Source: Candidatus Hermodarchaeota archaeon
GTDB taxonomy: Archaea > Asgardarchaeota > Lokiarchaeia > Sigyniarchaeales > SOKP01
DNA length: 64,000 bases
Direction of reading: 5' to 3'
NCBI GenBank assembly: GCA_048885925.1
Contig: JBHLLG010000006.1
Coordinates: forward strand, 23,030-87,029
Shown here in pieces: positions 30,059-38,884 of the stretch. The stretch's first letter is position 1. Each line of letters opens with the position of its first letter. The notes beneath the pieces were generated by a model. That model saw only the letters and a list, made by a program, of their open reading frames with translations, had not been told where the DNA came from and did not search any database. A program made the position numbers and the translations under genes.

Positions 30059-31480
30059 ATGGATACCAAAACAGAAAAATTACTTAATAGCATTGCCAAT
30101 AAAGCAAAACTAGCTGAGGGCCTTGAGGGTATTAGATCAATTCTTTTAACTATGTATCGCTTCCCTTCTCTTAAAAACAAAAAAGTTTCACAAAAAACTG
30201 AAATCGCCATTCCTGCTCTTGCAGCTACTAGAAATGAACTAGTTAAAGCGGGTATAATCGAAAAAAGTAATTATCTTGGAGAAAAAGGAAAAAAATGGGT
30301 CGAACAACACTTAAATTTAATTCTTGATTATGAACCTTTTCCTGATAGATTACATATTGAACTGAATGAAATTCTTGAAGCGTTTCCTTATTTAAAGAAG
30401 CTTGAGAATTTTCTTAAGGATCGACCAACAGCAGAATACGCATTGGATCAATCTCATGCAAATTTCCATACTATTCTAAAAAGATTAATATATTTACTTA
30501 AAAAAGGAGATATTGAAGGAAGAAAAATAATATTCCTTGGTGATGACGATACAACATCGTTAGCAGTTGCATTGACAGGATTAGCTAAAGAGATAACAGT
30601 TTTAGATATTGATGAGCGGATTTTGGATTTTCTTTCAAAATCAGTATTAGAATTATCATTAAAAAATTATAATGTTGTTCATCATGATTTAAGAGATCCA
30701 TGTCCAGAAAATATCAAGAATTATTATGATGTTGTTGTGATGGATCCTCCCTATACCAATGAGGGATTACGCTTATTTTTAAAAAGAGCTAGGGAAGTTA
30801 TAAAATTAAATATTAAAACAAATGAAAGAATTTATCCAATAATGGGAAAAAAATGCTTACTTTGTTTTGGAAATAAACCCCCAGAAGAAACGATGAACAT
30901 ACAATTATCAATATTAGATCATGGATTTATCCTTAAGGAAATGATCCCCAATTTCAATCATTACATTGGTGCGAGTATTTTAGGGCAATTTAGTCATCTT
31001 TATTACTTACAATCAGTAAATCCAATAAACCCTGAATTAACCTATGATTATGATTCACAGCCTATTTATACTTCTGAAATTAAAGATGGAAGATCTTTAC
31101 TTTTTCGTCCAATTGGATATCACTTTATAGGAGAAATGCGATTTATTTCTGAAAATTTACTTATGGATAACAATTTTATATTCCAAGCATTTTTGGATTC
31201 TCTCAAATTAGCACAATTAACGATAATTGATATTTATAATCACAGTTACCATCCGTATGGATATAGTATAGTAGCAATATTAGAAACTAGCCATGCGGCT
31301 ATTCATACATGGCCAGAACATGGTTATGCTAGTGTAGATTTTTTTATCTGTGATGAATTTCAAAAAGGATTAAAAGCTCTTAATTTACTAAAAAAAGAAC
31401 TAAAACCAAAAACAGCTAAATTTTTTTACATTGAGCGTGGTAAAGAAAAAATAGATAAATATACTCCTGTTGAAATTTAA
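30059..31480 (+). CDS. bpsA: Branched-chain polyamine synthase (BpsA-like) fused to C-terminal S-adenosylmethionine decarboxylase proenzyme
   Basis: LGDDD..SLA, DIDERIL, HDLR and MDPPYT (BpsA); GYSIVAILETSHAAIHTWPEHGYASVDFFIC (SpeD/SpeH). Confidence 0.85.
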   Translation: MDTKTEKLLNSIANKAKLAEGLEGIRSILLTMYRFPSLKNKKVSQKTEIAIPALAATRNELVKAGIIEKSNYLGEKGKKWVEQHLNLILDYEPFPDRLHIELNEILEAFPYLKKLENFLKDRPTAEYALDQSHANFHTILKRLIYLLKKGDIEGRKIIFLGDDDTTSLAVALTGLAKEITVLDIDERILDFLSKSVLELSLKNYNVVHHDLRDPCPENIKNYYDVVVMDPPYTNEGLRLFLKRAREVIKLNIKTNERIYPIMGKKCLLCFGNKPPEETMNIQLSILDHGFILKEMIPNFNHYIGASILGQFSHLYYLQSVNPINPELTYDYDSQPIYTSEIKDGRSLLFRPIGYHFIGEMRFISENLLMDNNFIFQAFLDSLKLAQLTIIDIYNHSYHPYGYSIVAILETSHAAIHTWPEHGYASVDFFICDEFQKGLKALNLLKKELKPKTAKFFYIERGKEKIDKYTPVEI

Positions 31481-31618
31481 GAATTAATAAATAGATTTAA
31501 GGATCGTAAATCAGAATATTTTTAAAATTCTAAAAGATGAAATTTTCTTTTATTTTCTAATGGAAAATATTAAATACTTCAATATCATTCTTTTTCAAAA
31601 AATTATATTAAAAATTTA

Positions 31619-32122
31619 ATGATGTTAAAAATTACTAAAAAAAGATTTATTTATATCTTTGTAATATTCTTTTTAGCAAGTTTATTCTTAATTTCTGCAA
31701 AAGTAACAGCAAATTACCCTTCAAGTATGAGTTTGAGTTATAACTCATCTACTAAAGTACTTGATGTTACTATTACTCATAACATCGGCTCTGATTCGCC
31801 TAATGATCATTACATAAAACTTGTCGAAATAAAACTAAATGGTTCTACAATCATAAGTCAACCCTACACTAGTCAACCCAACACTAATACATTTACTTAT
31901 CAATATAATATGACTGCAGGAGATGGAGCACCTGTTCAAGTAACTGCAACCTGTAACAAATTTGGAGACATTACAAGGTCAATAATTATAGGTGATGATT
32001 CTGGTAATCAAAATGGAAGTACAGAGATATCCGGGTACCTTGGATTCTTAATAATCACAAGCTTGGCTTTAATTGTTCTCTTACCCTTAATTTATAGAAA
32101 AATAAAAATAAGAATTATTTAA
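31619..32122 (+). CDS. Surface protein with desulfoferrodoxin/SoxZ-like beta domain and Loki-CTERM-like anchor
   Basis: Signal peptide; VTITH..DHYIKLVEI..ATCNKFG; C-terminal ISGY + TM + basic tail. Confidence 0.6.
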   Translation: MMLKITKKRFIYIFVIFFLASLFLISAKVTANYPSSMSLSYNSSTKVLDVTITHNIGSDSPNDHYIKLVEIKLNGSTIISQPYTSQPNTNTFTYQYNMTAGDGAPVQVTATCNKFGDITRSIIIGDDSGNQNGSTEISGYLGFLIITSLALIVLLPLIYRKIKIRII

Positions 32123-32236
32123 AATTAACATTTTTTTTAATTTAAATTCTAATCTTATTACTCTTTAATAGATATAAACAAAAATTTTTTAAGTGAGATA
32201 TGTAGAATTATCCATAGAAACCAACTAATTGACAAA

Positions 32237-34513
32237 ATGAAATCTTTTAATAAATTAAAAAAAATACTACTATTTTTCATTGTTATAAACTCTCTAACAT
32301 TTTTAATAAATATTCAAGATGGTTTTGCCTTGAATAATAATGAAGAATATTTAGATATTGATATTGAGTTTGAAATGTTTGAAGTTTCGGTTCAAGAAGG
32401 TTTTTATAATACTGTCAATTCTCTTGATATTGCATTACCGACTCCAACTTGGAATATTAAAGATCTTGAGATGAATTTTACTAATATAGAATTTGATATT
32501 GAAACAAAGACTATTGAAGAAAATCCAACTAATAATGTACGTATATATAAAAAAGATAAAGGCTTTGGTGTTCAAATCGATATCACTGAACCTACTATTA
32601 TTTATGGAGTGTATCTCTACGGATATGAGATTATGACTGCTACAACTACAACTATTAGAGCTCAAATAAATGGTTATGATTATATTTGGAATAAACCAAA
32701 CGCAACAAAATATAGGTCAACAGTATTGAATATGTCCGGTGAGACAAAATGGTATTATCAAAATTTTTCTTCACCACTCCCTCTCTCAGAAGGTTCTTAT
32801 TATTTAATAGTTAATGGCACACAAATGCTTCCACAAGATGCTGCAGATTATTATTGGTATATGAATGATATTAATCCTATTTACCCCGAATTGTATACTT
32901 CAAGTTATGATTCTGGTACTGGTACGTGGTTAGAAGGAATACAAGGAGCTCCATTTCTCTATGCCTTAAGACAAAAAGTAAATACGTCTATTTTTCCAGA
33001 AAATATCAATATGACTGCTCAAATTGATGGAAATTCATATACTATATCAAATGGAAGTTCTCAGGGAAAGGGATTTTTAAAAAAAACAAATGTGAATTAT
33101 AGTCCGAATAAAAATAAGATTAATATTGAAATTAAAAGTGATATTGATTCTCCTTTAAAATGTAATCTCTCGTACAATATAAACATAAATAATATTTTAG
33201 TTTCACCGGGTAAATTAAAAGTTAAATATAGTGAAACAAATGAATGGATTTTAACACCAGAAATAAAAAAATATTCGAATAATCATACTATCAAATTTAT
33301 TTACCCAAATAATTGGTATGGGATCCAAGTTCTGAAAGATTATACTGACATCACTTCAGAGCTCTTAGTAGATAATATTAATAATTATATTCTTCTTCAC
33401 AGTGAAGTGATTCAAAATAATAGTTATTGGGAAATAAGAGCAAGATCACCAAGTATTAAATTTACTCTTAGTGCTCCTATAACGAAGTTTAAAACAGGGC
33501 AAGAATTAGAATTTTCTATAGGGAATCCTATCTTGCCAGGTAATTATACATTTAAACTATATAATCCAATTGGAATAGAAAAAAACATTATTAAAAAAGA
33601 ATTACCAAAAGATAGTAACAATTTCTCTTACAATGTTCCATTAAAGGCAACCGTAGGAAATTATACTGCTTATGTTTTTTGGAATAACCAAACTGATGCG
33701 GGAGCTCAAGTTCAAATTTTTCAAATTTCTCAAGTTACTTCAAAAGATAACAATTGGGTTTTTCCTTTAATCATTGGATTAGCAATAGCAGGAGGGGTAG
33801 TAATAATTGGAGGTTCAAGTTATTTAACAATCAAAAAGTCCCAATCAAGAAAAAGGGAAAAATTAAAAATGATCTTAGAAAAATGCACTGATATTATGAG
33901 TTTAAGACATATAATTGTACTCCATACCAAATCAGGAATTGATGTCTATTCTCAATCATTTGGAGGAGAAGAACTTGACCCTACACTTATAGCAGGATTT
34001 TTACAAGCTATTCATAATTTTGGATCAGAGGTAATTGAGCATGCCAAAGATTCTCGAACTGTAAAAGTAGAATATCAAAAATCTAATATTATTATGACTG
34101 AGTTTGTAAATTTAAGATTAATTATTATTATGGATAAGAATCCTTCAAAAAATTTTTACTATTCAATCGAATCTCTTGCCTACTATATTTATAAGTATTA
34201 TGGGAAATTATTAGAAAAATTCCAAGGAAGTCTTAAACCATTTCGAAGTATTGAAAAATTAGTAGAAAAAACACTAAATGTCCCATTTATATACCCATTG
34301 AAGATCAAAGTTAATAAAAATTTGAAATTAAGCCAAAGTGAAAAAGAAATGGTTAAAAAAGCATCAACTTTCATGAAAGAAAATAATTTTGATTATTTCT
34401 ATTCTTTATATCTCCTTCCAGATAACGTCTGCAGTCCAAAAGATTATGGAACAATCCTTAATTTAATCGAAAAAGGTGTATTTCAACCTATTGAAGATAA
34501 ATCGAATCAATAA
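32237..34513 (+). CDS. Single-pass membrane protein with cytoplasmic longin-like domain (paralog 3)
   Basis: Shares WYYQxFS and FWNNQTDAG with paralogs; TM; then IIVLHTKSGIDVY..LDPTLIAGFLQAIHNFG. Confidence 0.75.
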   Translation: MKSFNKLKKILLFFIVINSLTFLINIQDGFALNNNEEYLDIDIEFEMFEVSVQEGFYNTVNSLDIALPTPTWNIKDLEMNFTNIEFDIETKTIEENPTNNVRIYKKDKGFGVQIDITEPTIIYGVYLYGYEIMTATTTTIRAQINGYDYIWNKPNATKYRSTVLNMSGETKWYYQNFSSPLPLSEGSYYLIVNGTQMLPQDAADYYWYMNDINPIYPELYTSSYDSGTGTWLEGIQGAPFLYALRQKVNTSIFPENINMTAQIDGNSYTISNGSSQGKGFLKKTNVNYSPNKNKINIEIKSDIDSPLKCNLSYNININNILVSPGKLKVKYSETNEWILTPEIKKYSNNHTIKFIYPNNWYGIQVLKDYTDITSELLVDNINNYILLHSEVIQNNSYWEIRARSPSIKFTLSAPITKFKTGQELEFSIGNPILPGNYTFKLYNPIGIEKNIIKKELPKDSNNFSYNVPLKATVGNYTAYVFWNNQTDAGAQVQIFQISQVTSKDNNWVFPLIIGLAIAGGVVIIGGSSYLTIKKSQSRKREKLKMILEKCTDIMSLRHIIVLHTKSGIDVYSQSFGGEELDPTLIAGFLQAIHNFGSEVIEHAKDSRTVKVEYQKSNIIMTEFVNLRLIIIMDKNPSKNFYYSIESLAYYIYKYYGKLLEKFQGSLKPFRSIEKLVEKTLNVPFIYPLKIKVNKNLKLSQSEKEMVKKASTFMKENNFDYFYSLYLLPDNVCSPKDYGTILNLIEKGVFQPIEDKSNQ

Positions 34514-34534
34514 TCTACCTCTTTAAAATTAGAA

Positions 34535-35425
34535 TTATTTACTTTTTCTTAATGTGAAAATTAACACTAACACTAACGGAATTCCTGTAATAAGCATATG
34601 TATAGTTAAGAAAACTTCTCTCGTAATCATAGCTAAAAATAGATAACTATATGCCACATAAATTAAAATAGTTGGTGGTACAATATCAAACAAAATTACA
34701 CGTTTTAAATTTTCTCTTTTGATTAAAATAATAATAGAAATAAAAGAAATCGTCAAAATTTCAAAAATAATAACTATTATTAAAGGTAAGTTATACAAAA
34801 AAGAAATTAGAGTTATAGAACCAATACTAAGCATTAATAATAAGGCTAATGGAATAGCCAGAAAAATAGTGTAAATTTTTCGATATGTAGAATTATGATT
34901 ATCAATTTCCCTAATAGTTAAGATTTGAAATCTTTTCTTCTCTCTACTCCAGTTTAAATTGTAAGAGATTAAATATGCAATTGAAATTATAAACCACCCA
35001 GTAAAGTTAAAACTGGGTATTCCAAAAAAAGAACCACCCTCAAATTTCCATGTCCATAATCCCAAACTAACAGCAATCGGATCCATACCCCAATCTAAGC
35101 TAAGAGCAAGTAAAGAAGTCGTTAAAATGCGAACTCCGAGACTTAAATTTAATCGTTCAGTTATAATCATTGAACTATAAATAATTCCCACCCATGCTAG
35201 TGGAATCGATAAAGGTACTATTCCAAAAAACATTATAGCTTCTTCAGCATAATAATGATGCCCTGATATAATTCCTATAACTTCTAGAAAAATACCATAT
35301 AAAAATAAGCTTACTAACATTAGTAATCGTTGAATACGGTTAGAAGATCCATTAAATATTGCATGAATTACTGCTAATCCACATAAAATGGTCGCTGTAG
35401 GAATAGTAAAAGTTGCTAAACTCAT
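34535..35425 (-). CDS. CruF/DUF422 carotenoid-biosynthesis-like membrane protein
   Basis: EVIGIISG..Y, VPLSIPLAW, DWGMDP, GLWTW and GIPSFNFTGW. Confidence 0.75.
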   Translation of the reverse strand: MSLATFTIPTATILCGLAVIHAIFNGSSNRIQRLLMLVSLFLYGIFLEVIGIISGHHYYAEEAIMFFGIVPLSIPLAWVGIIYSSMIITERLNLSLGVRILTTSLLALSLDWGMDPIAVSLGLWTWKFEGGSFFGIPSFNFTGWFIISIAYLISYNLNWSREKKRFQILTIREIDNHNSTYRKIYTIFLAIPLALLLMLSIGSITLISFLYNLPLIIVIIFEILTISFISIIILIKRENLKRVILFDIVPPTILIYVAYSYLFLAMITREVFLTIHMLITGIPLVLVLIFTLRKSK

Positions 35426-35555
35426 AGTTGAATATTACTCTATTTTTACATTTTACAAAAGTACAAACATTTATATATACTATTTACTATTCTAATTTTA
35501 CAGTAAAAATTTTTATAGTAAAAAAACTTTTTACTATTCTAAATGTGATAAAAAT

Positions 35556-35978
35556 ATGGCTAAAAAAAAAGAAAAGAAAAAACCAATTTTTGAAAAAGTT
35601 GGACTTGTATTTAGGAGCCCTGTAAGAGCTGATATTTTGCGAGAGCTTTCAGAAAATCCACAGAAACCAATTGAAATCGCTGAAAATATTGGACTTCAAA
35701 AACAAAACATTAATTATCATTTGAATGCGTTAAAAAGAGGTGGATTAGTTAAAACTCATAAAAAAGAATTAACAGAAGCAGAAATGCCAAAAGGTAAAGG
35801 AACAAGAATTAATGGAATAAGTAAAAGTGGCAAATTAAAAGTTACTCAAGGGGTGGAACTTACCAAAAATGGAAAAAATATTGTAAGTCAATTTATAAGT
35901 CCACTTTATGAAGAAATGGTTGAAGAAAAAGAACGTGTAAAAAAAGTACTTAAGAAAGATAAAAAGGAGGATGAATAA
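35556..35978 (+). CDS. ArsR-like winged-helix transcriptional regulator
   Basis: SPVRADILREL..EIAENIGLQKQNINYHLNALKRGGLV. Confidence 0.85.
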   Translation: MAKKKEKKKPIFEKVGLVFRSPVRADILRELSENPQKPIEIAENIGLQKQNINYHLNALKRGGLVKTHKKELTEAEMPKGKGTRINGISKSGKLKVTQGVELTKNGKNIVSQFISPLYEEMVEEKERVKKVLKKDKKEDE

Positions 35979-35980
35979 GT

Positions 35981-37018
35981 TTGAAAAATGAAAATATTCA
36001 ATTTGTAAAATCAATGTTTGAAAATCCATTAAATTTTCTTAAATTAGAAACTCCTCAAGTTTATAAAAACATGGTAGTGATCCCAATCATTATTCAACAT
36101 GACAAATCTCTTGATTTTATTACTATTCAACAAGCTGAAGAATTAGAATTAATCGAGATAATAGAAACTGATACCGTTGGAGAATTAGAAGTTATCAATA
36201 AAAGCAATAAACAAGTTCTAATTCCGTTTGGAATGACAGTTCATGGTGGAAAACAAGATAGGACAATCTGGGAACCAATTTTATTACCAATTGGGGAAAA
36301 GCAATCAATTCTTAAACAAAATCCAGGAAATCCTATTCATAAATTTAAAATTCCTGCTAAATGCGTGGAGCAATCAAGATGGACCTATACAAAAGGACGT
36401 GGTTTCAAAGCAGCAAAAACAAGATTACATCCAAATGTTGCATTTGAAGCAATTTCTGCAGCGGGACAAGGTGCTGTTTGGCAAGAAATCCAATCTCATC
36501 GAACTGAAATGAATTATGCCCTTGCTATTGCTCCAACTCAAAGCTATCTAGAAATGACGAAAGAGTCTGAAAAAGATACAGAAAGAATAATAAAAAATTT
36601 CAAAAATATAGAAAATCAATGTGGAATTGCGGTGTTTATAAATGGGGAATTTATAGGAACCGAATTTTATGCTAATTCAGATGCATGGAAATTTATGAGT
36701 CATGATATCCTTAGAGCTTTTGCAATTGAAGCTTTAAGATTCGAGGATAAATCTCATAAAAAAGAAACCACTGAATTTCATGATGAACTTATTAAAATTC
36801 TAAATAACCTTACGTTCGAATTTGACACAAGAGAAGGAGTAGGTCTTGGGAATGTAGTTGAATTCCATTCTAACAATAACAAATGGAGGGGGATTACACT
36901 AGTACACAACAACAGTCTGATTCAGTTCTATTTAGTGTCAAAACGAGGAGGTTATCAAGAACAATCTCGGGCAAACATTCAATTTCAAACTATGATTAAC
37001 CAGAGATATCAAATCTAA
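35981..37018 (+). CDS. ARPP-1/DUF6569 family protein
   Basis: LEVINKS..VLIPFG..GGKQDR, CVEQSRW, QGAVW and GIAVFINGE. Confidence 0.75.
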   Translation: MKNENIQFVKSMFENPLNFLKLETPQVYKNMVVIPIIIQHDKSLDFITIQQAEELELIEIIETDTVGELEVINKSNKQVLIPFGMTVHGGKQDRTIWEPILLPIGEKQSILKQNPGNPIHKFKIPAKCVEQSRWTYTKGRGFKAAKTRLHPNVAFEAISAAGQGAVWQEIQSHRTEMNYALAIAPTQSYLEMTKESEKDTERIIKNFKNIENQCGIAVFINGEFIGTEFYANSDAWKFMSHDILRAFAIEALRFEDKSHKKETTEFHDELIKILNNLTFEFDTREGVGLGNVVEFHSNNNKWRGITLVHNNSLIQFYLVSKRGGYQEQSRANIQFQTMINQRYQI

Positions 37019-37076
37019 TTTAATTAAATTTTTAAAAACTCTTTTTTTTCCTAATATCAATTTTGTTTAAAGCCTG

Positions 37077-37763
37077 TTGGAAAAAACTTATTATTTAGAC
37101 TTTATTTCAAGAGATATGGATATAGTTACCTTATTTATAACTTATGGGATATTATTTCTTGGTGAGTTAGGAGATAAGACACAATTAATTGTGTTTAATT
37201 TGGCTTTAGAATACAAGAAATTTTATAAAGTTGGCATAGGTGTTACGATTGGATTTGCATTCTTAGTAACCATTGGTGTCTTTTTTGGAACAGTTATTAC
37301 GCAGTTTGTTCCACTTTTCATAATCTCAATAGTTTCTGGAATTGTTTTTATTTTAATAGGTGTTCTAGAAGCGCGAAATCTTAAGAAATTCTATCTAGAA
37401 CACAAAAAGGGTAAGGATAACTCAATTGAACCTATTTCTGATAATAATCAACCAGAAGATACAAAAAATTTAACATCAAGATTTCATAAATTTAAAAATA
37501 ATCCATACTTAGCAGGATTTATCTATATTTTTATAATGGAGTTAGGAGATAAGACCCAGATTTTAACTATTACTCTTGCTTCAAGATATGGATTACCATT
37601 AGAAGTATGGTTAGGATCATTTTTAGCTTTAATCTCTGTGGCATGGATTGGAATACTTTTTGGTGGATTTATAGCAACAAAAGTACCAAAATTTTATTTA
37701 AAATTAATCTCTACTTCGATCTTCATTTTCGTAGGAATTTTAATATTAATTACATCATTCTAA
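37077..37763 (+). CDS. TMEM165/GDT1 (UPF0016) Mn/Ca transporter
   Basis: Two ELGDKTQ motifs. Confidence 0.93.
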   Translation: MEKTYYLDFISRDMDIVTLFITYGILFLGELGDKTQLIVFNLALEYKKFYKVGIGVTIGFAFLVTIGVFFGTVITQFVPLFIISIVSGIVFILIGVLEARNLKKFYLEHKKGKDNSIEPISDNNQPEDTKNLTSRFHKFKNNPYLAGFIYIFIMELGDKTQILTITLASRYGLPLEVWLGSFLALISVAWIGILFGGFIATKVPKFYLKLISTSIFIFVGILILITSF

Positions 37764-37791
37764 ATTCATAAAAATAATAAGAAAGTTAATT

Positions 37792-38268
37792 ATGAATACG
37801 TTAGTAGTTTTTTATTCAAGGACAGGCAGAACTAAGCAAATTGCTGAAATTATTTCTAATAGTTTAAGTTGTGATTATGAAGAAATTATTGATACTAAGA
37901 AAAGAACTGGCTTGATTATAGGATTTCTAAAAAGTGGATATGATGCGACGAGAAAAAAGCTAACAACCATTAAAGATCCTCAGAAAAATCCTGAATTATA
38001 TGATTTAATAATTCTAGGAACTCCAATTTGGAATAAAAGGATGACACCTGCTATAAGAACTTATATCAATGAAAATAAAAGTAAATTTAAGAAAGTTGCA
38101 TTTTTTTGTACCGAAGGTGGATCTGGAGGATCAGAAACTTTTGAAAGTTTAGCTGAACTAAGTGAAAATGAACCATTATCAACCTTGGAACTTACAAAAA
38201 AAGAAATTAAAAAAGGTTTACATACTGAAAAAATCAATTTCTTTATCAAAGAAATACAGAAAAGTTAA
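37792..38268 (+). CDS. Flavodoxin
   Basis: FYSRTGRT, LGTPIW and FCTEGGSG. Confidence 0.9.
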   Translation: MNTLVVFYSRTGRTKQIAEIISNSLSCDYEEIIDTKKRTGLIIGFLKSGYDATRKKLTTIKDPQKNPELYDLIILGTPIWNKRMTPAIRTYINENKSKFKKVAFFCTEGGSGGSETFESLAELSENEPLSTLELTKKEIKKGLHTEKINFFIKEIQKS

Positions 38269-38302
38269 TTATTCTTATAATATATAACTTCTAAATGAAA
38301 AA

Positions 38303-38884
38303 CTATTGTAATTTATATCCTTCTCTGAAAGCATATAAGTTCATGTCTATTTTTTTTTTTGAAAAATGTTCTTCTAAAGATCTCTCAATTTTTTCTTTCT
38401 TTATTGGTAAAAATCTTAAAATATAACCTAGCATAATGGTATTTACAGTCTTGGGTCCTTTTATTATTTCTTTAGCAATATTCGCTACTGGTATAAAATA
38501 TACATAATCGGAATGTTCAAATAATGTGTCTAATAGATAATTTAAGGAAGGATATTCTTTACCAATAATCTTTTTTTCATAGGTAGAAATAACTAATTTT
38601 GTATTTTTGTCAGGTCTGGTATATTTTAATACATCTAGTATACTACTCTCCTCTAATGCAATTATCATATCTGCTGTTCCTGTCATTGGTATAGGAGCAT
38701 TCAACTTATTTCCGAAGCGAAGGAAACATGTCACCTTTCCTCCTCTTTGGCTGAGACCATGAGTTTCAGAAGTGATAACTTTATATCCTTCTCTCATTAA
38801 TGCATTACCTAAGATTTGTAACAGTCTAATTAATCCTTGTCCACCCAGACCACTAATCACTATTGTATAACTTTCAAATTTCAT
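38303..38884 (-). CDS. iorB: Indolepyruvate:ferredoxin oxidoreductase beta subunit
   Basis: GLGGQG and ETHGLSQRGG; 4-nt overlap with iorA. Confidence 0.9.
   Translation of the reverse strand: MKFESYTIVISGLGGQGLIRLLQILGNALMREGYKVITSETHGLSQRGGKVTCFLRFGNKLNAPIPMTGTADMIIALEESSILDVLKYTRPDKNTKLVISTYEKKIIGKEYPSLNYLLDTLFEHSDYVYFIPVANIAKEIIKGPKTVNTIMLGYILRFLPIKKEKIERSLEEHFSKKKIDMNLYAFREGYKLQ

Noticed and set aside
34535-35425. Carotenoid biosynthesis cluster
   Set aside because: Only a lone CruF-like gene is present; no crtB, crtI or lyeJ neighbours.
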